Source: a virus
Length of the DNA stretch: 64,000 nt
Strand: one strand, 5' to 3'
IMG/VR virus record: IMGVR_UViG_3300044977_000034
Location: 1-64,000 of that record
Positions 29,177 through 37,376 of this stretch are shown piece after piece; within the stretch, counting starts at the first letter, position 1; each line of letters begins with the position of its first letter. Both the position numbers and the translations under genes were made by a program. A model generated the notes under the pieces. It did not search any database. It saw only the letters and a list, made by a program, of their open reading frames with translations, and was not told the DNA's origin.

Positions 29177-29358
29177 TGACCAAGTGGATTGTGACCTATC
29201 CCGGCATCACTCAAGACCTAACCCGCGCCTTCGACAACGAGTCGGAGGCCAAGCAATTCGCGCGCGTCCGCCGGGATCGCGAACTGCATATGTGGCGCCA
29301 TGTCCGCCTTGAACGGACCGAGGACAATTGCGTCACCATGATCCCGGTCAAGTTCTAA
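29173..29358 (+). CDS. Hypothetical early protein
   Basis: ATGA coupling. Confidence 0.6.
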   Translation: MMTKWIVTYPGITQDLTRAFDNESEAKQFARVRRDRELHMWRHVRLERTEDNCVTMIPVKF

Positions 29359-29424
29359 GGCGAAACGAGGAGGCCCGTCAGCGGGCTTCCTTGTCGCGCG
29401 GTGAGGCCGCGCCTGATGAGCCTA
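29358..29424 (+). ncRNA. Type II hammerhead ribozyme HH2 (predicted cut after C29395)
   Basis: AGGC-GAAA-CGAGGAGGCCCG/CGGGCTTCCTTG-TC-GCGCGG/CCGCGC-CTGATGA-GCCT. Confidence 0.92.
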
Positions 29425-29441
29425 ACCAACAGGAGTCGAAT

Positions 29442-29726
29442 ATGACAGACCGCAAGATTGATTACGTGACCTTTGACGATGACCCGGACGGGCTCGATTG
29501 GAAGGCGCCGATCTACGACAAGGACGGGACGCCTCGTCCGCAAATTGTCTTGATGGCGCTCGCCTACCGCGACGGGAGCGATGACCTCGTCGATTCGCTA
29601 AGCACCATCGATTTCTATCAGGAGCGCGGCGACTGGATTCGGGGGACGTTCCGGCGCGTGCGGGACATCCCGGCGCGTTGCGCCCATCTGCGTGAGGTCG
29701 CGGAACAGCTGGGGTTGAAGCAATGA
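29442..29726 (+). CDS. Hypothetical early protein
   Basis: GGAGTCGAA leader. Confidence 0.65.
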   Translation: MTDRKIDYVTFDDDPDGLDWKAPIYDKDGTPRPQIVLMALAYRDGSDDLVDSLSTIDFYQERGDWIRGTFRRVRDIPARCAHLREVAEQLGLKQ

Positions 29727-30013
29727 GACTGCCCACCATCCACCTGAACGGGACCGACGCACAGTCGCTCTTTGACGGCTACAAGGCCGCCCATGAGGCG
29801 ATCAAAGCCGCTCAAGAGGCGCTCGCCCAGTGCGCGCCCAATGGCCGCGACTACTACGTCCAAAAGACCGAGTCCGGCGACTGGACCGACGTACCCACCA
29901 ACGAGGCGATATATGAGCACCGCGCCCGGATGGCGGCGCTGGAAACGATCGAGCGTGACCTTGAGGCGCTCGCCCTGCACGTCATGGACGCTGACCCCAA
30001 GGTGCGGACGTGA
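29723..30013 (+). CDS. Hypothetical early protein
   Basis: PTIHLNGT...PNGRDYY; coupled ORF. Confidence 0.7.
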   Translation: MRLPTIHLNGTDAQSLFDGYKAAHEAIKAAQEALAQCAPNGRDYYVQKTESGDWTDVPTNEAIYEHRARMAALETIERDLEALALHVMDADPKVRT

Positions 30014-30080
30014 TCGGCCTCGCCTGCCTGTTCGCGCTGTTCATGTTGGCGAGCGGCAGAATATAAAAACGGTTGCCATG

Positions 30081-30160
30081 TTGACAAGTTTTGCAGTCAA
30101 CGCTATCTGAGAGGGGCGCGGCGCCTACCGCGCCCCTTAACTTTTTTGGAGTCGAATCCC
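30081..30160 (+). promoter_or_regulatory. Promoter plus CGCCTA-loop hairpin and GGAGTCGAA leader
   Basis: TTGACA-17-TATCTG; GGGGCGCGG-CGCCTA-CCGCGCCCC. Confidence 0.75.
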
Positions 30161-31069
30161 ATGCGTGACCTACACCGAGAAATTACCGACAAAATCCTCG
30201 CCCAGCTCAAGACGGGCGTGGCGCCCTGGCGCAAGCCCTGGTCTGAGCACGTCCAGGCGCACGGTTCCGTGATGCCGCGCAACGCCGTCACCGGCCGCGC
30301 CTATTCGGGCGCCAACGTCCTGTTGTTGTGGGGCGTAGCGCAGACTGAGGGCTACGGCCCGAGGTGGCTGACGTTCAAACAGGCCAAGGCGGCTGGCGGG
30401 ACTGTGCGCGCGGGCGAGCACGGCGTGGCCGTGATCTTCGTCAAGCGCATGCTGGTGCGCGATCGAAAGGACCCGGACGCGCACAAGACGATCGGTTTTC
30501 TCAAGGCCTATACCGTGTTCAACACGGCCCAGTGCGACGGCTTGCCGGACTCGGTCCTGGGCATTGGCGAGGCTCCCCTGCACCGCCCGGTGAACCCGGA
30601 CGGGCGCGATGCTGACCTCGATGCCTTCGTCGCGGCGACCGAAATTCGCTTTGTCGAGCAAGGCATCAAAGCCCAATATTCGCCCCTGTTCGACCGCATC
30701 GAGATGCCGCCTTTCGCCCAGTTCAAGGGCGCCCATCCGTACTACGCGACCATGTTCCATGAGATGGGGCACGCCACCGGCCACAAGAGCCGCCTGGACC
30801 GCAACCTCAACAACAAATTCGGCGACCGCTCCTATGCGGCCGAGGAGCTAATCGCCGAGCTAACGTCGGCCTTTGTGTGCGCGGAGTGGGGCATCGACAT
30901 GGGCGAGGCTCCGGCCGCCTACATCGAGACCTGGGTCTCGCTCCTGGCCGAGAAGGAAACGGCGATCGTGACCGCCGCTGCGGCGGCCTCGCGCGCGGTG
31001 GAGTGGATGCGGGGCGCGGCGAGCGCCGAGGAGGCGGACGAGGACGAACCCCTGCCCATGGCCGCCTAA
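30161..31069 (+). CDS. ardC: ArdC-like ssDNA-binding antirestriction protein
   Basis: PWRKPW, YSGAN, WLTFKQA, FHEMGHATGH..RL.R, YAAEELIAE. Confidence 0.88.
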   Translation: MRDLHREITDKILAQLKTGVAPWRKPWSEHVQAHGSVMPRNAVTGRAYSGANVLLLWGVAQTEGYGPRWLTFKQAKAAGGTVRAGEHGVAVIFVKRMLVRDRKDPDAHKTIGFLKAYTVFNTAQCDGLPDSVLGIGEAPLHRPVNPDGRDADLDAFVAATEIRFVEQGIKAQYSPLFDRIEMPPFAQFKGAHPYYATMFHEMGHATGHKSRLDRNLNNKFGDRSYAAEELIAELTSAFVCAEWGIDMGEAPAAYIETWVSLLAEKETAIVTAAAAASRAVEWMRGAASAEEADEDEPLPMAA

Positions 31070-31093
31070 TTCAATCCTGAGAGGAGTCGAGCA

Positions 31094-31324
31094 ATGTCTA
31101 AGCCACAGTACGTCGTAGTGATCACCTTCGCCAACGGTTCGATCGATCGCCTATCGTTCGATCGCTGGTCCCAGTGCCGGGACGTCTGCCAACACGGCAT
31201 CAGCTACAGCGGCGGTCGCGTGCGCCGCGTCGAGGTGGATTGCGCCGCGCTTGGCGGCGGCCTGCGGGCTATGTGGGACGTCTCGTGGACGGCCGAGAGT
31301 CAGCACGCTGGTCTGTACAACTAA
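31094..31324 (+). CDS. Hypothetical early protein
   Basis: GGAGTCGA leader. Confidence 0.65.
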   Translation: MSKPQYVVVITFANGSIDRLSFDRWSQCRDVCQHGISYSGGRVRRVEVDCAALGGGLRAMWDVSWTAESQHAGLYN

Positions 31325-31387
31325 GGGCGAAACGGCGGCCGAGCGATCGGCCGTTGTCGCGGCGTAAGGCGCCGCCTGATGAGCCTA
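31325..31387 (+). ncRNA. Type II hammerhead ribozyme HH3 (predicted cut after C31358)
   Basis: GGGC-GAAA-CGGCGGCCGA/TCGGCCGTTG-TC-GCGGCG/CGCCGC-CTGATGA-GCCT. Confidence 0.92.
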
Positions 31388-31401
31388 AACAGGAGTCGAA
31401 A

Positions 31402-31905
31402 ATGATTAGTGACGAAGACAAGCTTGCGGCGGCCGAGGCGCTCGACCGGGCCTATGCAAAGGCGGAGGCCTTTGACGCGGCGCAAGAGGAAGACCGCAAA
31501 TTGGATGCCTACGGGCATCTGACGTGGACGCTTGGGGATGACGATTGGATGGCGTGTTTCGACGCCGTCCGGATAGGCTCCGAGATCGCCTACCACGTCG
31601 TGGTCGACTGTGAGTCGGGCGGTTTTATCTCCACAATCGAGAAGGGCGTCGTGCCAGTTAGCGAGGCCGCGCGCCTCATTAATCTGCCGAGCCAGTACGT
31701 TGATATGGCGATCGAGAACCATCTCGACGCGCGCCGTAAACGCGAACCCGTGGGCCGGTTCGCCTATCGCGGCTGCGAGAAGCGCTGGGCGCGACATATC
31801 AAGCAGCTCATCAAGCAAAAGCCGGAGCCCCAGGACGATGACGTCGAGGACGTTGACCAAGCGGCCGAGCTACGCAAGGCGGCGCTGAATCGGGGGCAAC
31901 CATGA
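31402..31905 (+). CDS. Hypothetical early protein
   Basis: GGAGTCGAA leader. Confidence 0.65.
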   Translation: MISDEDKLAAAEALDRAYAKAEAFDAAQEEDRKLDAYGHLTWTLGDDDWMACFDAVRIGSEIAYHVVVDCESGGFISTIEKGVVPVSEAARLINLPSQYVDMAIENHLDARRKREPVGRFAYRGCEKRWARHIKQLIKQKPEPQDDDVEDVDQAAELRKAALNRGQP

Positions 31906-32135
31906 GCCAAGTTATATTCACGCGCTGGTGCCTGGACCCCAAGGGGCGCACGCCGGTCTCGGTTGACCCGGCGCGCGTCGATTGCACCGAGCACTACGGC
32001 GATGCTTTCCAGGCGCCCTACGCTGACGGTGAAGCCTTCCCGGCGGCCACGCGGGTCATCATGAAGGGCAAGCAAGAATATGTCGTCCAAGGGGCTCTGG
32101 CTGACGTCGTGGCGCGCCTGAACGTCAACGACTGA
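31902..32135 (+). CDS. Hypothetical early protein
   Basis: ATGA coupling. Confidence 0.6.
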   Translation: MSQVIFTRWCLDPKGRTPVSVDPARVDCTEHYGDAFQAPYADGEAFPAATRVIMKGKQEYVVQGALADVVARLNVND

Positions 32136-32209
32136 GAACGCGAGCGGGACGGCGTCGAGCAATCGTCGCCGCCTCGCGGGCGCTCTTGCCCGGTTAAGGA
32201 GTCGAACCC

Positions 32210-32512
32210 ATGCAGAAAGTAGCCGAAAAAACGATCAAACCCACCGAGCTGGTGAGCGAGGGGAGCTGGGGCTCCCGGCGTCTCGGCAAGCACGCCTCGA
32301 CCATGACGCTGTACGCGGACGGTCCCCATTACACGATCGAGTGGGACATCCCCGCGCTCGATGAGGTCGAGCACATAGGCCTGACGTTCGAGCACAAAAC
32401 GCTGACCGATTACGACGGCATCATGTCGCTGCCACGCGAGGCGGTCGCGTTCCTGCGCGAGCAGGGCTTCATCGTGCCTCGCGAGTTCGAGGACGACGAG
32501 GCGCTGTCGTGA
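32210..32512 (+). CDS. Hypothetical early protein
   Basis: GGAGTCGAA leader; IEWDIP..DYDG. Confidence 0.7.
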   Translation: MQKVAEKTIKPTELVSEGSWGSRRLGKHASTMTLYADGPHYTIEWDIPALDEVEHIGLTFEHKTLTDYDGIMSLPREAVAFLREQGFIVPREFEDDEALS

Positions 32513-32730
32513 ACCCGGAGCTGGACAAGCGCCGGGATGCCCTCCTGCGGGCGATCTCCGCGCCCGATCTATATCGGATGCGCGCGGCGGTCGATGGGTG
32601 CTGGACGCGCGAGCTGGGCGACTTCAACGTGGTGAACGTGCGCTATTTCATCGCCGCCAACTGGCACCGCTACGCCGACGAGATTCGGCGGTGGTGCGAG
32701 TTCACGCTCACGGGCGAATCGACGCTCTAA
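32509..32730 (+). CDS. Hypothetical early protein
   Basis: GTGA coupling. Confidence 0.55.
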   Translation: MNPELDKRRDALLRAISAPDLYRMRAAVDGCWTRELGDFNVVNVRYFIAANWHRYADEIRRWCEFTLTGESTL

Positions 32731-32750
32731 AAATAAAAACAGTCGCCATG

Positions 32751-32826
32751 TTGCCTCTTTTCGCATAGCATGCCATATCAGGACCGGGCGGCGCCTACCG
32801 CCCGGTTTTCTTTTGGAGTCGAAATT
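32751..32826 (+). promoter_or_regulatory. Promoter plus CGCCTA-loop hairpin and GGAGTCGAA leader
   Basis: TTGCCT-17-CATATC; ACCGGGCGG-CGCCTA-CCGCCCGGT; upstream ATAAAAAC.GT.GCCATGTTG shared with the 30081 promoter. Confidence 0.7.
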
Positions 32827-33030
32827 ATGTCCCGTATTGGAATCCTGCGACAAGCGCGCCGCCTCGCGCGCATGCCCAACCCCGAGGCGCGGCTCGCCTC
32901 TCTCGATCGCATCGCAGCCATTCTTGAGAAGGCCTGCGAGCGCAATGCGCGCCAACGTGCGCTGGCTAAATTCCAGCCGCGCGTCATCCCCTCAAAGCGC
33001 ATCTACACGCGCAAAGGGAGGCCGCAATGA
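32827..33030 (+). CDS. Hypothetical basic protein
   Basis: GGAGTCGAA leader. Confidence 0.6.
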   Translation: MSRIGILRQARRLARMPNPEARLASLDRIAAILEKACERNARQRALAKFQPRVIPSKRIYTRKGRPQ

Positions 33031-33371
33031 TCACGATCACGCAAGAGGGCGGCCGGTACGTCGCCCGATTCGCTTTCGACTACGCGACCAAGGATTTGGT
33101 GAAGGCGGCCGGATTCAGGTTCGACGGCGTCCGCAAAATCTGGTGGACCGACAAGGCCGAGATCGCCGCGCAAGTTTCGGCCGATCCTGGCGAGCTGGCG
33201 GCGCGTCTCAACGCCGAGCGGCAGGCGCAACATCAGGCTCGCGAGGCGTCAATTGTCGCATCGCACGCGACCGATGCCGCGATCGAGATTCCGGTGCCGC
33301 AGGGGCTCGAATATTTGCCCTACCAAAAGGCAGGCATCGCTTACGCGCTCCGAGTTTTCGGGGACCTCTGA
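33027..33371 (+). CDS. N-terminal fragment of SNF2/HARP-like helicase
   Basis: HARP-like KAAGFRFD...W; ends in the Q-motif LPYQKAGI. Confidence 0.7.
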   Translation: MITITQEGGRYVARFAFDYATKDLVKAAGFRFDGVRKIWWTDKAEIAAQVSADPGELAARLNAERQAQHQAREASIVASHATDAAIEIPVPQGLEYLPYQKAGIAYALRVFGDL

Positions 33372-33754
33372 TGCCCGTCGCGATCGTCTGCGCGATTTGT
33401 TCGACGCAATTTTTTGTGGTGCCGAGCCGCGTCAAAAAGGGCGCGAAATATTGCAGCTACGCTTGCCACCAGATTGGCGAGGGCCGCAAGGGCGGCACTG
33501 CCCGAGGCGAACAAGTCAAGCAGGCGAGCAAGGGCAAGACTTACACCAAGACCAAAGGGCGCCACACGCATCGTGTCGTCGCCGAGAAGGTTCTCGGGCG
33601 GCCACTGCGTCCAAAAGAAACCGTCCACCACGCGGACGAAAACATACTGAACAATGACCCCGGCAACATCGAAGTCCTGCCGGACCAAGCAACCCATATG
33701 CAGAAGCATCGCAAAGCGCTGCTGGCTGCCAGGAAGGTGAAACATGGCTACTGA
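33371..33754 (+). CDS. HNH endonuclease inserted in the helicase gene
   Basis: CAIC...YCS..C; HRVVAE..LGR.L...E.VHH.DEN..NN. Confidence 0.85.
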   Translation: MPVAIVCAICSTQFFVVPSRVKKGAKYCSYACHQIGEGRKGGTARGEQVKQASKGKTYTKTKGRHTHRVVAEKVLGRPLRPKETVHHADENILNNDPGNIEVLPDQATHMQKHRKALLAARKVKHGY

Positions 33755-35399
33755 TGGCGTATTGATCGGCGACGAAATGGGATTAGGAAAAACAATACAG
33801 GCGCTTGGTATCGTCAATGCGGTTCCGAGCATTAAGTCGGTACTTGTTATATGCCCTGCCTCGCTAAAACTAAACTGGCTGCGCGAGGCCCAGAAGTGGC
33901 TTGTGCGCCCAGTGACAGTGGGCGTTGCTAATGGATCGTTTCCAACGACTGACGTCGTGATTGTCAATTACGACGTGCTGACCAAGTTCGACGCCCAGAT
34001 CAAAGCGGTGAACTGGGACCTCGCGATTCTCGACGAATGTCATTTTGCCAAGAACGCCAAGGCGCAGCGGACTCAGGCGATATTCGGCAAGTGGGACGCT
34101 GAGACGAAGGCGTGGAAGGTCGCGCCGGTTCGCGCCGCGCGCCGCCTGTTTTTGACCGGCACGCCCATCCTGAACCGGCCAAAAGAACTGTGGACGATTG
34201 TCCACGCGCTGGACCGGCAAGGGCTGGGTGCCAATTGGAGGGCGTTCCACACTCGCTATTGCGCTGGTCACCAGACCCGGCACGGTTGGGATATCGACGG
34301 CGCATCGAACCTCGCCGAGCTGAATAGCAAGCTTCGCGCGGCGTTCATGATTCGCCGCCTCAAGAGCGAGGTTCTCACCGAGCTACCGCCCAAGCGCCGA
34401 CAGGTGATCGTGCTTGAGCCGTCGAAAAAGGCGCGCGCCCTGATCGAGCGGCAGAACGCCCTCGCCGATCGCGTCAGCAAGGCCAAGGAAGCCCTCCAGG
34501 CGTCGAAGGCCTCAGAGGACCCCAAGGCGTTCGAGGCGGCTGTAGCCGCCCTGGAGGACGCCTCTGGGGCCGCTTTCGAGGAGATGAGCGCGCTCCGGCA
34601 CGAGATCGCCCTGGCCAAGCTTCCCCAGGTCATCGAGCACGTTCGCGATGCCCTGGACGGCAGCGAGGGCAAGATCATTGTTTTCGCCCACCACCGGGAT
34701 GTGGTCGAAGCCCTGGCGAAAGAGTTTTCCGACGTCGGCGCCGTCAAGCTTATGGGCGGCGATAGCGCTGACGACAAACAGTCGGCGGTCGATCGCTTCC
34801 AGACTGATCCGAGCTGCCGCGTGTTTGTCGGTTCGATCAAGGCGGCAGGCGTAGGCATTACTCTGACGGCGGCGACTCACGTTCTGTTCGCGGAGCAGGA
34901 CTGGACTCCTGGCTGGAATCAGCAGGCCGAGGACAGGGCGCACCGCATCGGGCAGCGCGAGTCGGTGCTCATCCAATACGTGGTGCTCGACGGTTCGTTG
35001 GATGCGCACATTGCGCAAGTCAATGTCGATAAGGCGGCCATTGCCGACAAGGCGCTCGACAAGCCGGGGGCCGCGCTCGTCGCGCTCGCCGAGTTGGTGA
35101 CGCCACCGGCTCCCAAAGCCCCAGAGAGCCTCGTGGAGCCGCGTCCGGCCGCTCCGGCTCCCAGCCTAGCCCCGGAGGTCGTGGAGGCGGTCCACGCTGG
35201 TCTGAAGGTGATTGCGGGCCTATGCGACGGCGCCCAGGCGCTCGACGATCACGGGTTCAACAAGCTGGACAGCACGTTTGGCAAGAGCCTTGCGGCGGCG
35301 CCGTTCCTTTCGCCGCGTCAGGCCGATCACGGGCGGCGCCTCTGCATCAAGTATGGGCGGCAGCTCCCGGCCGATTTGCTGGCGACCATCAAAGGCTGA
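33744..35399 (+). CDS. SNF2-family helicase, main body
   Basis: DEMGLGKT, DECH, LTGTPI.N, QAEDRAHRIGQ. Confidence 0.92.
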   Translation: MATDGVLIGDEMGLGKTIQALGIVNAVPSIKSVLVICPASLKLNWLREAQKWLVRPVTVGVANGSFPTTDVVIVNYDVLTKFDAQIKAVNWDLAILDECHFAKNAKAQRTQAIFGKWDAETKAWKVAPVRAARRLFLTGTPILNRPKELWTIVHALDRQGLGANWRAFHTRYCAGHQTRHGWDIDGASNLAELNSKLRAAFMIRRLKSEVLTELPPKRRQVIVLEPSKKARALIERQNALADRVSKAKEALQASKASEDPKAFEAAVAALEDASGAAFEEMSALRHEIALAKLPQVIEHVRDALDGSEGKIIVFAHHRDVVEALAKEFSDVGAVKLMGGDSADDKQSAVDRFQTDPSCRVFVGSIKAAGVGITLTAATHVLFAEQDWTPGWNQQAEDRAHRIGQRESVLIQYVVLDGSLDAHIAQVNVDKAAIADKALDKPGAALVALAELVTPPAPKAPESLVEPRPAAPAPSLAPEVVEAVHAGLKVIAGLCDGAQALDDHGFNKLDSTFGKSLAAAPFLSPRQADHGRRLCIKYGRQLPADLLATIKG

Positions 35400-35471
35400 A
35401 GGCCAGCGCGCGCGCCTCGACGTTTCGGGGCGCGGTCGCGGGCAATCCGCCCGGTAGAGAGAGTCGAACCA

Positions 35472-35720
35472 ATGGACATCACAAAAGACGGCGCCATCGC
35501 GCGTGCGAAGGCGGTGGCGGGGTTTTCGGTGAACGCCGTACACCACATCACCCAGGACGATTGGGCGGCCCTTGGGCATGCCCTCCTGGGCATCGAGCGG
35601 ACGTTGGGCGAGCTACGCGAATATTGGGAGACGAAGGAGGAGACTCCGCCGCGCTTCAATATGTTCGCGATCCGCGTGACCCACGACGATGACGTCGAAG
35701 AGCGCGGATCGGAGGGCTGA
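35472..35720 (+). CDS. Hypothetical protein
   Basis: GAGTCGAA leader. Confidence 0.6.
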   Translation: MDITKDGAIARAKAVAGFSVNAVHHITQDDWAALGHALLGIERTLGELREYWETKEETPPRFNMFAIRVTHDDDVEERGSEG

Positions 35721-35724
35721 AGCA

Positions 35725-35922
35725 ATGACTGCACGATGGACAATCTACCTTCGCCAAACGCCCAAGGGCTGGGAGTGGGGGCGCAAGCCAGACGTCATGC
35801 ACTGGGGGCCTTACAAGACCAAAGGTCACGCGACCAGTGCGGCCAAGCGGTCGATCAATCCGGTTGTCGGCGGCAAGACCCAACCCTCCGATTGGAATTT
35901 CGTCGTCGTGGCGGAGGGCTGA
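35725..35922 (+). CDS. Hypothetical protein
   Basis: GGAGG SD. Confidence 0.55.
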   Translation: MTARWTIYLRQTPKGWEWGRKPDVMHWGPYKTKGHATSAAKRSINPVVGGKTQPSDWNFVVVAEG

Positions 35923-35925
35923 CCA

Positions 35926-36408
35926 ATGGACCTAGAACAGATGCTCAAGCTTGCCGAGGATCAGGCGCGGCGCGTCCTGATTGGCACGCGCGAAGAGCTG
36001 ATGCCGATATGGCTCGTCCAGTCGGAGGGCAAGGTCGAGGTCACCGCCACGCCATGGGCGAATAACAACCAAAAGCGTATGACGGTCGAATTTATGCGGA
36101 GGCGGATGCGCGAGCAAAACGCGACCGCCTACAGCCTCCTGACTGAGGCTTGGTACAGCGTGATTTCTGTCTTGGAGGCGGCCAAGGAATACACCGGACC
36201 GCCGCCGAGCGAGCGCGCCGATCGCAAAGAGGCGGTTGTCGCCATGGCCGCCGATCGCGACGGCAAGCACATTTACCGGCACTGGGAGATCATCCGCGAC
36301 CATCAAGGGCGCACGCGCGAGCTGCGGCGCCTGGACGGTCCCGAGGACCTGATCTCGTCGGGGATCTTCGACAACCTCCTGATGGACGATCGCGGGAGGG
36401 CGAATTGA
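35926..36408 (+). CDS. Hypothetical protein
   Basis: EAW...PSE..DR.E; GGAGG SD. Confidence 0.65.
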   Translation: MDLEQMLKLAEDQARRVLIGTREELMPIWLVQSEGKVEVTATPWANNNQKRMTVEFMRRRMREQNATAYSLLTEAWYSVISVLEAAKEYTGPPPSERADRKEAVVAMAADRDGKHIYRHWEIIRDHQGRTRELRRLDGPEDLISSGIFDNLLMDDRGRAN

Positions 36409-36620
36409 GGCAGCGCTACACGATCGATCTGGAGCGGGTTCCGGTCCAACACCTCACACTCACGGTTGTCGCGGAGGGCATCGCCGAGGCTCAACGCAAA
36501 GCGCTGGCCCATATGCGCGACTATCCCGAGCAATGGGTGACCGAGGAGCATCCGCTGTCTGACGCGCGGGTGACCAAGGTCATCTGTCACGCTGGCGAGG
36601 CGCCCGATGAGCAGGATTAG
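36405..36620 (+). CDS. Hypothetical protein
   Basis: TTG start with GGAGG SD. Confidence 0.45.
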   Translation: MRQRYTIDLERVPVQHLTLTVVAEGIAEAQRKALAHMRDYPEQWVTEEHPLSDARVTKVICHAGEAPDEQD

Positions 36621-36885
36621 GCGCCGCGTCTACCCAAAACATAGCGGGGACGCCTACGACCGATTCCTTACCGAGCGGTCGCGCGGCCAGGACGGCGAGT
36701 TCTCGTTCGAGCGATTCGTCGCGCTGATCGACTCGCTCGACTGCCCGCCCGACACGATCCCCAAGGACGGGAACAACGGGACCAAGCGCATGACCGCCGG
36801 GATTCTTCTGCGGTCATGGTTCGCGGACGGCGTGCTCCGTTTTCGAGACGGCTCGACCGTCCAGCTAAATCTTGAGGACTCGTAA
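36607..36885 (+). CDS. Hypothetical protein
   Basis: Overlapping operon ORF. Confidence 0.55.
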   Translation: MSRIRRRVYPKHSGDAYDRFLTERSRGQDGEFSFERFVALIDSLDCPPDTIPKDGNNGTKRMTAGILLRSWFADGVLRFRDGSTVQLNLEDS

Positions 36886-36886
36886 A

Positions 36887-37114
36887 ATGATGCAAGTTAC
36901 TAAGATGCGCCGAGGCTGGCGCCTGCGGCTCACCGACAATGAAATGGAGATGCTGCGGCATGCCGTCGCGCGCGGCCTCCCAGACTTCCAACGCGTGAAC
37001 GTCCGCGAGCGGCTGCCCTACAAAGTGCGCAAGGTGCTCATGCATGACCCTCGTTGGGCGCTGCCGCACGGCCCGCTCGTTCCTGACGAAGACAGGAGGC
37101 TGCATGAGCAATGA
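36887..37114 (+). CDS. Hypothetical protein
   Basis: GAGGA SD. Confidence 0.5.
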   Translation: MMQVTKMRRGWRLRLTDNEMEMLRHAVARGLPDFQRVNVRERLPYKVRKVLMHDPRWALPHGPLVPDEDRRLHEQ

Positions 37115-37376
37115 GATTATCGACACTTGGTTCAGGCTTCACGATGCGATGTTCCGCGACGGGCACCCCGGCGACGTAACCGCGCTGCGTCCGCCGTCGC
37201 TGCGTGACGCCTGCTATGCGCGCGCGCTCGCGGCGCGGAAACAGGATACCGAGACGACGCCCGAGACGATCGAGGCGTTTGTGAATGGGCTTGAGCTGGG
37301 CGCATTGAGCGCGCTGCGCGCGGCCTGGAAGGTGCAGCATGCGCGGGCGGAGCCATATCCGCCGCAGGAGGGCTAG
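37104..37376 (+). CDS. Hypothetical protein
   Basis: AGGAGG SD. Confidence 0.55.
   Translation: MSNEIIDTWFRLHDAMFRDGHPGDVTALRPPSLRDACYARALAARKQDTETTPETIEAFVNGLELGALSALRAAWKVQHARAEPYPPQEG

Noticed and set aside
28660-31400. Repeated intergenic elements as a CRISPR array or plain terminators
   Set aside because: Repeats are not identical, are separated by whole genes and lack U-tracts; the hammerhead core explains them
32198-32209. GGAGTCGAACCC as the reverse complement of a tRNA T-arm (cryptic tRNAs)
   Set aside because: No cloverleaf on the minus strand, and most motif copies diverge after GGAGTCGA
33371-33754. Group I intron or intein in the helicase
   Set aside because: The insert is fully occupied by the HNH ORF, with no space for an intron core and no intein termini
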